DNA from: Nitrospinota bacterium
Lineage (GTDB): Bacteria; Nitrospinota_A; UBA7883
Reading direction: 5' to 3'
Length of the DNA stretch: 64,000 nucleotides
Assembly: GCA_965223725.1 (NCBI GenBank)
Contig: CBDCXE010000006.1
Coordinates: 610,012 to 674,011 of the forward strand
Shown: in pieces, positions 32,070 through 41,711 of the stretch
Layout of the letters: the number at the start of each line of letters is the position of its first letter
Numbering within the stretch: position 1 is the first letter of the stretch
Program-made: the position numbers and the translations under genes
Notes under the pieces: model-generated
The model's input: only the letters and a program-made list of their open reading frames with translations
Databases searched by the model: none
What the model was told of the DNA's origin: nothing

Positions 32070-33119
32070 TTGATGAGTTGGATTGAAGTTGAAGCGGAGA
32101 CGAGAGAAGAGGCGGAATCAAAATTACTCAGCGAACTGGGCGAAGCGGATATAAATAATGTTGAAGTGGAAGAGCTGAAAGTCGTACGCAAATTCCTTGG
32201 GATGGGTGGCAGAACGGTAAGACTGCGTGGCAAGGTTAAAGAGGCGGAAAACGAGCAACAGCAGACTAATGTGGTAGCGGATGCGCCGGTTGACGCTCCT
32301 GAAGAGGAAACAAATACTCCCGCCGCTTCAGAAAAAGAAGCGACAGCGACAGAAGGTGGCGCCGAAGATAAAAAGCCAGAGCCATCGGAATCAATAAAGA
32401 AAAGTGGATCAATATACAAGCCATGGGCCTCTGAAGGGAAGAGCGCCATAGTCATCCCGCCAGAAGGAAGAGGGTTTGGCAAAAGGCTGTACAGCGCCGA
32501 TCCGTTTGCTGAAGATCAGGAAGAAGTCGAAAACATGGATGATCGCGATTCTGAAGAGAGGCGATTTGAGGAGAATGGATTCACACCCCCTGATTACAAG
32601 GACGATGAAAACTCTGATATCCCGGAAGAGGTCAGAACCATGGCGGTCGAATTTGTGAACAGCTTGCTGGATGGCATGTCTATCGACGGTGATGTAAAAG
32701 CGTACAAGCTTGAGGACCGGCTCCTTGTCCATATCGACTCGGAAGATGGCGGCCTGTTGATCGGACGGAAGAGCGAAACCCTTGATTCACTCCAGTACCT
32801 GACAGATATTATCGTGAACAGGGGGCGCGAAACCAGGACCAGAATCTCGCTGGATGTAGAGCATTATAAAGAGCGTAGAAGATTTAAAATATATTCCATG
32901 GCCCAGGACGCCGCCGAAAACGCCATACAAAAAAGTCACCCGATACGTTTACAGCCGATGAGCCCGGCTGAACGTCAGATTATCCATGCCACACTGGCGG
33001 AAAATGAAAATGTGGAAACAATATCTGAAGGGCAGGGCAGCAGGAGACGGGTGGTCGTGCACCCTGTGTCAGGCAGGAAAAAACCTAGAAGAAACAGCGT
33101 AAGGGGCCGGGGCAGGTAA
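32070..33119 (+). CDS. jag: RNA-binding protein Jag/KhpB (Jag-N, KH and R3H domains) with long acidic linker
   Basis: Jag N-domain MMSWIEVEAETREEAESKLLSELG. C-terminal R3H-like RLQPMSPAERQIIHATLAENENVETISEG. Confidence 0.8.
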   Translation: MMSWIEVEAETREEAESKLLSELGEADINNVEVEELKVVRKFLGMGGRTVRLRGKVKEAENEQQQTNVVADAPVDAPEEETNTPAASEKEATATEGGAEDKKPEPSESIKKSGSIYKPWASEGKSAIVIPPEGRGFGKRLYSADPFAEDQEEVENMDDRDSEERRFEENGFTPPDYKDDENSDIPEEVRTMAVEFVNSLLDGMSIDGDVKAYKLEDRLLVHIDSEDGGLLIGRKSETLDSLQYLTDIIVNRGRETRTRISLDVEHYKERRRFKIYSMAQDAAENAIQKSHPIRLQPMSPAERQIIHATLAENENVETISEGQGSRRRVVVHPVSGRKKPRRNSVRGRGR

Positions 33120-33245
33120 CGAACCGTTTGCTACCTGACGCCTGAATTTCTTTGAATAAAAATAAACACTCAACGGCGCAGCAATACAACAGGTAATCAT
33201 CACAGAAACTATGATTAATTCTGTTTCGCTCACCAGCCTATAATT

Positions 33246-34640
33246 TTACTCCAGCAGAGCCATCTGCCCAGCAACGCTTTCCTGCTGAACCAGGTATTTG
33301 CCATCAAAGCAGGCTGTGCAAAAATCACCCTTCCGTTCACCCACCACCTCCAGCATCTTTTCCATACTTAAATAGGCCAAAGAGTCCGCACCCAGATAAT
33401 CGGAGATTTCACTTGGGGTGTAGGTCGAGGAAATAAGCTCGTCCCGGGTGGGCGTGTCGATTCCATAAAAACATGAATGGGTCGTTGGCGGAGAAGAAAT
33501 GCGCATATGAATTTTTTTCGCTCCCGCGTCGCGCACCATCTTCACAATTTTTTTCGATGTGGTGCCCCTCACAATAGAATCATCCACAACGACAACTTCT
33601 TTTCCCTTGATAATTTCTTTTATCGGGTTGAGTTTCAGTTTCACACCAAAGTGGCGGATCGATTGCACAGGCTCAATAAACGTTCTTCCCACATAATGGT
33701 TCCTGATGATCCCCTTTTCATATGGGATCCCCGACTCCTCCGAATAGCCAAGCGCGGCCACGATCCCGGAGTCAGGTACAGGGATGACCATGTCAGCCTC
33801 CACAGGATACTCCAGCGCCAGCATCCGCCCGAACTTTTTGCGAACCGCATGCACGTTGGCGCCAAATATATTGGAGTCTGGCCGAGCAAAATATATATAT
33901 TCAAAAATACAATGCTGGCTAGGGGCAGGCTCGAATGGGAAATAGCTGTTCAAACCTTCATCGTTTACAACAATCACTTCGCCAGGCTCTACTTCGCGGA
34001 GAAACTTTGCGTCGATCAGATCAAACGCGCAAGTTTCCGATGCGAATATATAAGCATTACCCAATTTGCCAATTGCCAAGGGCCTGAACCCATAGACATC
34101 GCGGGCTATTATCAGCTCGTTCGATCCCATGATCGCCAATGAATACGCGCCGTTTATTTGGCTCAAGGCTTCAGTTACCTTATCTTGCAGCCGTTGACCT
34201 TTAGATTTTGCAATGAGATGGATAATGACTTCAGAATCCATGGATGATCGAAATATGGAGCCTTCATTTTCCAACTGCTCCTTCACCTGGTCAGCGTTTA
34301 TCAGGTTGCCATTATGCGCCAGCGCCAGCGGACCACGGGAATATTCGATGGCCATAGGCTGTGCGTTGCGCAATTGTGAAACACCATGGGTGGAATACCG
34401 GTTATGCCCCACAGCCATGGAGCCTTCCAGTCCATCGATTTTCTCTTCATCAAATATTTCGGAGACAAGCCCCATACCAAGCTCTATATGGTGCCGGACG
34501 CTATCAGACGAAACTATTCCTGACGACTCCTGACCTCTATGTTGAAGGGCGTACAGGCCCAGATATGTCAGGTTGGCAGCCTCCGGATGGCCATATACCG
34601 CAAATACAGCACATTCTTCCTTAAACTTGTCAAACGGCAT
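33246..34640 (-). CDS. purF: amidophosphoribosyltransferase
   Basis: N-terminal CAVFAVYGH Ntn nucleophile. LQHRGQESSGI. PRTase domain VVVVDDSIVRGTTS. 4Fe-4S-type Cys near the C-terminus. Confidence 0.92.
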   Translation of the reverse strand: MPFDKFKEECAVFAVYGHPEAANLTYLGLYALQHRGQESSGIVSSDSVRHHIELGMGLVSEIFDEEKIDGLEGSMAVGHNRYSTHGVSQLRNAQPMAIEYSRGPLALAHNGNLINADQVKEQLENEGSIFRSSMDSEVIIHLIAKSKGQRLQDKVTEALSQINGAYSLAIMGSNELIIARDVYGFRPLAIGKLGNAYIFASETCAFDLIDAKFLREVEPGEVIVVNDEGLNSYFPFEPAPSQHCIFEYIYFARPDSNIFGANVHAVRKKFGRMLALEYPVEADMVIPVPDSGIVAALGYSEESGIPYEKGIIRNHYVGRTFIEPVQSIRHFGVKLKLNPIKEIIKGKEVVVVDDSIVRGTTSKKIVKMVRDAGAKKIHMRISSPPTTHSCFYGIDTPTRDELISSTYTPSEISDYLGADSLAYLSMEKMLEVVGERKGDFCTACFDGKYLVQQESVAGQMALLE

Positions 34641-34746
34641 TTTTTAATTCATTTATGAAAGAAACGCAGTTAAGGGTGAAGCGTAAATTTGTTTTGCCCA
34701 TTAATATGACAGTTTAACATACACAATAAGCCTTGGAAAATGTAAG

Positions 34747-34763
34747 TACGAAATAATTTCGTA
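34747..34763. promoter_or_regulatory. 17-bp near-perfect palindrome TACGAAATAATTTCGTA between dnaN 3' end and purF 5' region (PurR-box-like ACGnAAA half-sites)
   Basis: The inverted repeat is visible directly. It lies ~107-123 nt upstream of the purF start. No T-run follows on either strand, so it is not a terminator. Confidence 0.3.
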
Positions 34764-34794
34764 TGCAGACCGGCAATAAACCGCCGACAGATGG

Positions 34795-35910
34795 CTATAG
34801 CCTCATCGGCATGACAATACAGAGCAGGTTGGCGTCGTCGGGCGCGACTACCATCACCGGGCTGAGCTGATCGTTCATTTTGATAATCACATTCTCCGAG
34901 CCAAGCACCTTCAATGAGTCGAGCAGATAATATGCGTTCAGCCCTATGGTCACATCTTCGCCATCGAATTTTATGGCGGTTTCATCCTTCGCTTCGCCCA
35001 GCTCACCACCTTCGCTGACCAGTTCCACGCTTTCCTTGCTGAACGCGAAGCGCACCATGTGCGACTTTTCATCCGCCAGGGTCACCACCCGCCTTAAGCT
35101 GTTGGCGAATTCTTCCGAAACAACCGCGCCTTCACGATCAAACGATTTCGGTATCACCTGCTCATAGTTGGGATAGGCGCCGTCGATCAGACGCACAGCC
35201 AGGGTCAAGGAGTCCACTTCGAATATCAGATGATTATCTTTCTTGCAAAATTTCAGCGAGCCATCGCTATCGTCCAGCAGTTTTTCCAGCTCATGTATCG
35301 CTTTCCTGGCGATGATAGCCTTGATGGTCTCCGACACGCCGAACACACCTTCGCGCTCTATAAACGCCAGGCGATGACCGTCAGTGGCGACCATACTGAC
35401 CTTTGTGGGGGTGACCTCTATGAATGCGCCGTTCAGGGTGAGCCTGGTTTCATCCTGGGATATGGCATAGCTGGTTTTCTTGATCATCTCTGTCATCATT
35501 TCGGCGTCCAGCCCGGTGAGAGAGGACTCCTCAAAATCAGGCAGGGAGGGAAATTCGCTGGAACTGATGGTCGCCAGTTTGAACTTGGAATTGCCAGATA
35601 TAACCCGGCAACGCCCATCATCATCCACCTTCACAACGATATCTTCAGACGGCAGCTCTTTTAATATATCGTGCAGTTTTTTGGCCTGAATTGTCACATT
35701 GCCTTTGGCTTTTACCTTCGCTGGATAAGAACCCCTCAGCCCCATATCCAGGTTGGTCGCAAAGATAGTGATCGCTTTGTCACCCGCCTCGATTAATGCA
35801 TTCGCCAACACCGGCATCGCGCCTTTGGAAGAAACAATCCCCTGAACTCTTTGAATACCCTTATACAGGTCATCGCGCCCTATGGTGAATTCCATAGCAT
35901 TCCCACTCAA
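34795..35910 (-). CDS. dnaN: DNA polymerase III subunit beta (sliding clamp); probable true start at nt 35895 (MEFTIG)
   Basis: 371 aa. MEFTIGRDDLYKGIQRVQGIV N-terminus. Three-domain clamp length. Confidence 0.9.
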   Translation of the reverse strand: MSGNAMEFTIGRDDLYKGIQRVQGIVSSKGAMPVLANALIEAGDKAITIFATNLDMGLRGSYPAKVKAKGNVTIQAKKLHDILKELPSEDIVVKVDDDGRCRVISGNSKFKLATISSSEFPSLPDFEESSLTGLDAEMMTEMIKKTSYAISQDETRLTLNGAFIEVTPTKVSMVATDGHRLAFIEREGVFGVSETIKAIIARKAIHELEKLLDDSDGSLKFCKKDNHLIFEVDSLTLAVRLIDGAYPNYEQVIPKSFDREGAVVSEEFANSLRRVVTLADEKSHMVRFAFSKESVELVSEGGELGEAKDETAIKFDGEDVTIGLNAYYLLDSLKVLGSENVIIKMNDQLSPVMVVAPDDANLLCIVMPMRL

Positions 35911-36072
35911 AAAATGATTAATAGTAAAATATAAATATTGCGCTTAACAGCAGATGCCATTACACGCTTTTAACATACCTAGCGCTAAAGATTTTAGAAG
36001 CTTATCAATTCATTATACATGTGTCAACAACCAGATGGGGTAAGTTATCCAGTTAAAGGAAGATATTGCCAA

Positions 36073-38745
36073 TTAATGGGCTTCATCCCAGTTGGCGCCA
36101 CTTTGCACATCCACAGTCAGGGGCACAACCAACTTCCATACATTCTCCATTTCATGTTTCACCATTTCGGTCAGCGATTCCATCTCCTGCTCCGGCGTTT
36201 CAAAAACAAGTTCATCGTGCACTTGCAAGATCATTTTTGTTTCGAACCTGCCTTCATCCAGTTTGCGCTGGATGTTTATCATAGCTACCTTGATGATATC
36301 CGCCGCGCTGCCTTGGAGCGGCGAGTTTATGGCGTTGCGCTCGGCGAACTGCCGCGCCTGACGGTTCGACGCGTTGATCTCAGGCAGATATCGCCGACGC
36401 CCTGATATGGTGGTCACATATCCGGTTTTTTTCGCTTCTTCCACCGCCTTGTCCATGAACTTTCGCACATCCGGGTATCGCTCGAAATAGTTATTGATAA
36501 ACCTTTGCGCCTCGGCCCGGGGGATCTTCAGTTCGTTGCTCAGGCCGAAGGCTGTCTGTCCGTAGATGATCCCGAAGTTCACGCTTTTCGCCACCCGGCG
36601 CATATCATCGCTGACCAGCGCAGGAGTTACGTTGAAAACCTCCGCCGCTGTGCGGGCATGGATATCCTCATCATTTTGAAACGCCTCCAGCAAAACCTTC
36701 TCGCCAGAGAAATGGGCCAGCAGCCGAAGCTCGATCTGTGAATAATCAGCCGATACCAGCAAAGTACCCTTCGGCGCTATGAATGCTTCTCTTATCCGTC
36801 GGCCCGTGGCTGTGCGTATCGGTATGTTCTGCAGGTTCGGGTCGGAGGAGGAGAGCCGGCCGGTGGCGGCGACGGTCTGGTTGAAAGATGTATGTATCCT
36901 GCCTGTCTTCTCGTTGATCATCTGCGGCAAGGCGTCCACATAAGTGTTCTTCAGCTTGGCTAGCTGCCGATACTCCAGAATCAGCGCCGGCAGTGGATGC
37001 GCGTCCGCTAATCTTTCCAGCGTTGACTGATCGGTGGAGAACCCGGTCTTCGTTTTCCTGCCGCCGGACAGTTTCAGTTTTTCGAAAAGTATGGGGCCCA
37101 ATTGTTTGGGGGAGTTGATGTTGAACTCTTCACCTGCGGCCTCATAAATATCTTTCTCGTACCGTTCAATATCTCCGCCCAGCTCGGTGGAGAATTCGGC
37201 CAGCATATCAGCGTCCACCAGCATGCCGTTGCGCTCTATTCGCGCCAATGCATATATAAGCGGGATTTCGATATTCTCCATCAGACAATTCAACTTGTCG
37301 CGCTCAATCACAGGGCGCAGCTTGTCCACAAGCCGACAGGTTATATCAGCGTCCTCCGCGGCGTAATCGGCGGCCTTTTCTATCTCCACCTGGCGGAAAC
37401 TTATCTGCTTTGCCCCGGAGCCGCACAGATCGGAATATTCGATCATCGTCTCGCCGAAATGTTCCAGCGCCAGAGCGGAGAGGCCATGCTTTTTAGACGG
37501 GTTTATAAGGTATGAAGCGATCATGGTGTCGAAACCGATCGGCGCCACGCTAATACCTTCAGTCTCCATGATATGCATGTCGTATTTTATATTCTGACCA
37601 TATTTAGGGATCGATTCATCTTCCAATAACTTCTTGATCTTCGGCAATACGCTCTTCAAGGATAACTGTTTCGGAACATTTTCATAATCGTGACGTAATG
37701 GCAGATAGTATGCCTTGCCCTCCTTCGCGGAAAAGCTCATCCCCACCATCTGCGCCGCAATCGGGTCGAGGGATGTTGTCTCTGTATCGAAAGCAAATCC
37801 GCTAGAGCCGCGCATCTCTTTTATCATCGCGTCGAATGTTTTCATATCGGTGACGCAGATATACTCCCTGGGCGTCGATGGCGCCGACGGGCCAAGGTCG
37901 TTGATCATCGATGTGAACTCCAGCTCGGTGAACAGCTCCCTCAGCTTGCCGTTGTCCGGCTCGACGACCTTCCATTTGTCCGGCTCGACAGCGACCGGCG
38001 CGTCCAGGACTATGGTTGCCAATTGTTTCGACAACCGGGCCTGGTCGGCGTATTCGATCAGGTTTTCCCGCAGCTTTTTCTTTTTCATGGTCTCCGCCGC
38101 GGCGAGCACCTTTTCGACATTGCCAAACTCTTTCACCAGCGATATCGCCGTCTTTTCGCCCACGCCCGGCACACCCGGGATGTTGTCCGAAGAATCACCC
38201 ATCAGCCCCAGGATATCCGCCACCAGCTCCGGCGCCACACCGAATTTCGCTTCCACCTCCTCCATGCCGATATCCTTGTCTTTCATCGAATCGTACATCT
38301 GTACGCCGGCGGTGACCAGCTGCATCATGTCCTTGTCGGACGTCACGATCACCACGTCGTATCCTTGCGCGGCGGCCTGGGCGGCGATGGTCCCGATCAG
38401 GTCGTCCGCTTCGTATCCAGGCTCCTTTATCGACGACAGGTTGTATCCATCCACCAGCCGGTCGATATATGGAAGCTGGCTTGCCAGGTCATCCGGCATC
38501 TCCGGACGATGCGCCTTGTACTGGTCGAACATTTCATGCCTAAAAGTCTTCTCCTTCGAGTCGAACACCATCACGGCGCTGTCCGGCTTCCGCTCATCGA
38601 GGATCTTTTTCAGCATCAACGCAAAACCGTAGACCGCATTGGTCGGCTGCCCCCGGGAGTTGGATAGGAACTGGCGGATGGCGAAATAAGCGCGATAATA
38701 GTATCCAGCGCCATCGATCAGGTATAAAACAGGTTTTTTCGACAT
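36073..38745 (-). CDS. polA: DNA polymerase I
   Basis: 890 aa. 5'-3' exonuclease domain LYLIDGAGYYYRAYFA. 3'-5' exonuclease domain. Polymerase motifs DYSQIELR and QVHDELVFE. Confidence 0.95.
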   Translation of the reverse strand: MSKKPVLYLIDGAGYYYRAYFAIRQFLSNSRGQPTNAVYGFALMLKKILDERKPDSAVMVFDSKEKTFRHEMFDQYKAHRPEMPDDLASQLPYIDRLVDGYNLSSIKEPGYEADDLIGTIAAQAAAQGYDVVIVTSDKDMMQLVTAGVQMYDSMKDKDIGMEEVEAKFGVAPELVADILGLMGDSSDNIPGVPGVGEKTAISLVKEFGNVEKVLAAAETMKKKKLRENLIEYADQARLSKQLATIVLDAPVAVEPDKWKVVEPDNGKLRELFTELEFTSMINDLGPSAPSTPREYICVTDMKTFDAMIKEMRGSSGFAFDTETTSLDPIAAQMVGMSFSAKEGKAYYLPLRHDYENVPKQLSLKSVLPKIKKLLEDESIPKYGQNIKYDMHIMETEGISVAPIGFDTMIASYLINPSKKHGLSALALEHFGETMIEYSDLCGSGAKQISFRQVEIEKAADYAAEDADITCRLVDKLRPVIERDKLNCLMENIEIPLIYALARIERNGMLVDADMLAEFSTELGGDIERYEKDIYEAAGEEFNINSPKQLGPILFEKLKLSGGRKTKTGFSTDQSTLERLADAHPLPALILEYRQLAKLKNTYVDALPQMINEKTGRIHTSFNQTVAATGRLSSSDPNLQNIPIRTATGRRIREAFIAPKGTLLVSADYSQIELRLLAHFSGEKVLLEAFQNDEDIHARTAAEVFNVTPALVSDDMRRVAKSVNFGIIYGQTAFGLSNELKIPRAEAQRFINNYFERYPDVRKFMDKAVEEAKKTGYVTTISGRRRYLPEINASNRQARQFAERNAINSPLQGSAADIIKVAMINIQRKLDEGRFETKMILQVHDELVFETPEQEMESLTEMVKHEMENVWKLVVPLTVDVQSGANWDEAH

Positions 38746-39219
38746 GGCCTACTTTAGCAGTCCACGCGGCCAAGGGCAATACCGCAGAGATGACTGGATT
38801 GTGTCACTGATATACAATTAGTTTTATAACTATCATTTCAAAAATCCTTCTGTCAAATTCCTTATCTGCAGCATATTCTGCATTAAGTATGAGGTTACAA
38901 GAAGAATTGTAGTTTGCAAATGGCAGGTGAGGGATTTGGAGCATTTGAGGCAAAAGAAGCATATGCGGGATTTGAGGGATCGTTTTGGCGCCGTTGTTGC
39001 TGGAGCTGTTATTGTGGATTTATACCAACTCATTGTTTTATTTGAACAACCCTCATAAGAAAGAGATGCAATTAAATGGTGAGAGTATATTGGAGACAGG
39101 AAACCCAGTATAGACAAAAATTTAAGCTGACATAAAGGACAAATCGAATTTATTTGACGTAAGTTATTAAATTGATTATAATTAATACTTAATTGTCCGT
39201 TGATCTCAGTGGATAGAAA

Positions 39220-39813
39220 GTGAAATTTTTGATGCTACAACAGTATAAATTAGCGCTTGTTGTGATGGTCGTCGCCTCTGTTTTTGTTGTGCGGTACACC
39301 TATTCAGAAGCCACAAAAGTTGGAAATAGCGCTAAAGAACCAGCGCTAGCTTCAGATATAGGCAATAGTGAGCTGTTGCCAGACCCTGATACAGAGTTTA
39401 AATTACATTCTATTAATGAAATGTACCGGCAAGCCTTGATCGCCGTTAGCGCTGGTTCATACCAGGATGCAAGGATCAAGTTTTCCTATTTTATCAGGAA
39501 TTTTCCATCGTCCCATCTGATACCTTTGGCAATTTACTGGAGGGGTGAAGCCAGCTACGGTTTGAGTAAATATGAAATGGCTTCAGAAGATTTTCATATC
39601 GTAAGCTCCCGATATCCAAACAGTAATAAAGCGCCAGACGCGTTGTTGAAGCTTGGTCTATGCAAACTGAAACTGGACAACCTTGGTGAAGGCTTGGTGA
39701 TTCTGGAGTTGGTAACAGTAACATATCCATCTACTCCTGCCGCGCTTCGGGCTGAGCAGGAGATTGGTAAAAGAGACGATGTTAGCGATAAATCGAAACC
39801 GGGGAATAGTTAA
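39220..39813 (+). CDS. TPR-repeat protein, CpoB/YbgF-like (Tol-Pal associated)
   Basis: C-terminal TPR-like region with YWRGEASY...SRYPNSNKAPDALLKLGLCKL. N-terminal signal/anchor. The start may be internal. Confidence 0.55.
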   Translation: MKFLMLQQYKLALVVMVVASVFVVRYTYSEATKVGNSAKEPALASDIGNSELLPDPDTEFKLHSINEMYRQALIAVSAGSYQDARIKFSYFIRNFPSSHLIPLAIYWRGEASYGLSKYEMASEDFHIVSSRYPNSNKAPDALLKLGLCKLKLDNLGEGLVILELVTVTYPSTPAALRAEQEIGKRDDVSDKSKPGNS

Positions 39814-39833
39814 TATGGAGGGGGTTCACAACC

Positions 39834-40808
39834 ATGATGAATAAATTTGTATTTTCTTTTTTCGCTCTGGGCGTAATGTTTATATTTAACAGCGCCACAG
39901 CCAATGCCAGCAACACGATGGTCTATCTGCAGATGAATAATCTGTTCGTAGCTGGTGGGCTGGATGACGAAGCTGGATCTACCGATAGCTCCGTGGAGCT
40001 GGAAGAGTTTGATGAGATCGATTCCACCCATGTCACGGGGGCGATGGAAGATGAAACTGATGTCACTTCCGAAAGCCTGGATGAACAGTTTTTTTATAAA
40101 TCAGATAGAGGGGCGCCTACAACTTATCTCCAGATGTTCGAGTCTTCCGGTTATATTGCTGATTCTGTTACCGAAGAGGGAGATATTTTGGATGGAGAGC
40201 CTGGTGTGCTCAATTCCTTCATCGAGACCGAAACAGTATATTTAGGTCAGGGCTCCGCTGATGGTGTTGTCGCTGGTGACAAGTTTTATGTTGTACACCT
40301 GTCGGAGGATCCGGTAATTCACCCAGTATCCAAAAAGCTGGTTGGTTATAAAGTGCTGGTGGATGGAGTGATAGAAGTCTACGACACAACTGATGCGTTT
40401 TCCAAGGCAAAAGTAGTGAATAGCTATGATTCCATTGAAAGAGGGGACTACATTATTCCATACATAGAACCTGATCTAGCGAAACTGGACCCAGACAGGC
40501 CAGTGATCGAAAAAGGTATCGAAGGCGTGTTGCTGGCCAGCAAGGAACCAAAGGAAGGCCTTGCCACCGGCGATGTAATTTACCTGGATATTGGTGGAGC
40601 GTCTGGCGTTGAAGAGGGCGATGTGTTTAACATACTGGATCAAAACCCTGTTTTCAAAAGAGATGGCAAGCTGGCGGAAGGGTTCCCCAAGATAGTGGGT
40701 CAGGCAAAGGTAATTTCCATTCAGGATAATACATCAACAGCCTATATCACCGACAGCACGCTGGACTCGCATGCGGGTTATTCGGTTGTTTATTCAAATG
40801 TACGCTGA
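39834..40808 (+). CDS. secreted acidic protein with internal G-x-G-D/V repeats, function unknown
   Basis: Signal peptide MMNKFVFSFFALGVMFIFNSATANA. Very acidic N-terminal third. Repeated GxxxGVxxGDxF/Y-like segments. Confidence 0.5.
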   Translation: MMNKFVFSFFALGVMFIFNSATANASNTMVYLQMNNLFVAGGLDDEAGSTDSSVELEEFDEIDSTHVTGAMEDETDVTSESLDEQFFYKSDRGAPTTYLQMFESSGYIADSVTEEGDILDGEPGVLNSFIETETVYLGQGSADGVVAGDKFYVVHLSEDPVIHPVSKKLVGYKVLVDGVIEVYDTTDAFSKAKVVNSYDSIERGDYIIPYIEPDLAKLDPDRPVIEKGIEGVLLASKEPKEGLATGDVIYLDIGGASGVEEGDVFNILDQNPVFKRDGKLAEGFPKIVGQAKVISIQDNTSTAYITDSTLDSHAGYSVVYSNVR

Positions 40809-40973
40809 TAAATAATATTATTTCAACATTACTATAGCCTGTATCATGGCCCGGCCACGATGCAGCGATGAGAATTATTTTAACGCAATTGACCCAGCCT
40901 TCTTTGCGCCATTTCCCCAGGAATAAGTTAAACTATACCCGGCTTGATGATCCTTCGGCGTTAACAGGATGAA

Positions 40974-41711
40974 ATGAACGAAAAAATCGATATACAAGTA
41001 CAAAAAGAAACCGAGCGCTCCGACAAGTCCAAGCTTAGGCAATATCAGGACATGGTGGTGGGCAGCCGGTCGATATGGTTTTTGATCAAGTTCGAGCTGG
41101 TCGCTTTGTTTGTATCACGAATTCCCGGGGCGCTGGGCCTGCTGTTGCGGAAAATATTTTATCCAATGATATTGGCGGAAGTGGGCAGCGGTGTAGTGTT
41201 TGGGACAGACTGCTGGTTCCGCCACCCGGGCAAGATAAGAATAGGCGCCGACACGATTATAGACGACGGTGTGTTGATCGACGCCAAAGGATCGAACAAT
41301 AAAGGTGTACTTATCGGCCGGGGCTGCTACATAGGCCGGGGGACGGTGCTCAGCTGCAAGGAGGGGGACATCATACTGGGCGAGGCTGTGAACCTTTCCA
41401 CATGGTGCAATATTTCTTCAAACTCCAGTATCGAGATCGAAGAGAAAACATTGCTGGGCCCCTACGCTTCCATATTCGCCACGGAGCACAACTTCGATGA
41501 TCCAGGCATCGATATCCTGGATCAGAAATGGTCCAGCAAGGGCGTGACGATAAAACGGAACTGTTGGCTGGGCGCCAGGGTGACCGTGCTGGATGGTGTC
41601 AGCGTGGGGGCCAATACCATTATCGGCGCCGGCTCGGTGGTCAACGATGATTTGCCGGATGATGCGATCGCGGTGGGCTCGCCGGCGAAAACTGTGAAAC
41701 AGAGGCGATGA
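40974..41711 (+). CDS. membrane-anchored left-handed beta-helix (hexapeptide-repeat) acetyltransferase, WcaF/NeuD-like sugar O-acetyltransferase
   Basis: N-terminal TM helix. Hexapeptide repeats IGRGCYIGRGTV...LGARVTVLDGVSVGANTIIGAGSVV. Confidence 0.7.
   Translation: MNEKIDIQVQKETERSDKSKLRQYQDMVVGSRSIWFLIKFELVALFVSRIPGALGLLLRKIFYPMILAEVGSGVVFGTDCWFRHPGKIRIGADTIIDDGVLIDAKGSNNKGVLIGRGCYIGRGTVLSCKEGDIILGEAVNLSTWCNISSNSSIEIEEKTLLGPYASIFATEHNFDDPGIDILDQKWSSKGVTIKRNCWLGARVTVLDGVSVGANTIIGAGSVVNDDLPDDAIAVGSPAKTVKQRR

Noticed and set aside
38016-38667. Pro/Arg-rich plus-strand ORFs (99, 214, 305 aa)
   Set aside because: They are antisense to polA. The composition is the classic GC-rich antisense artefact.
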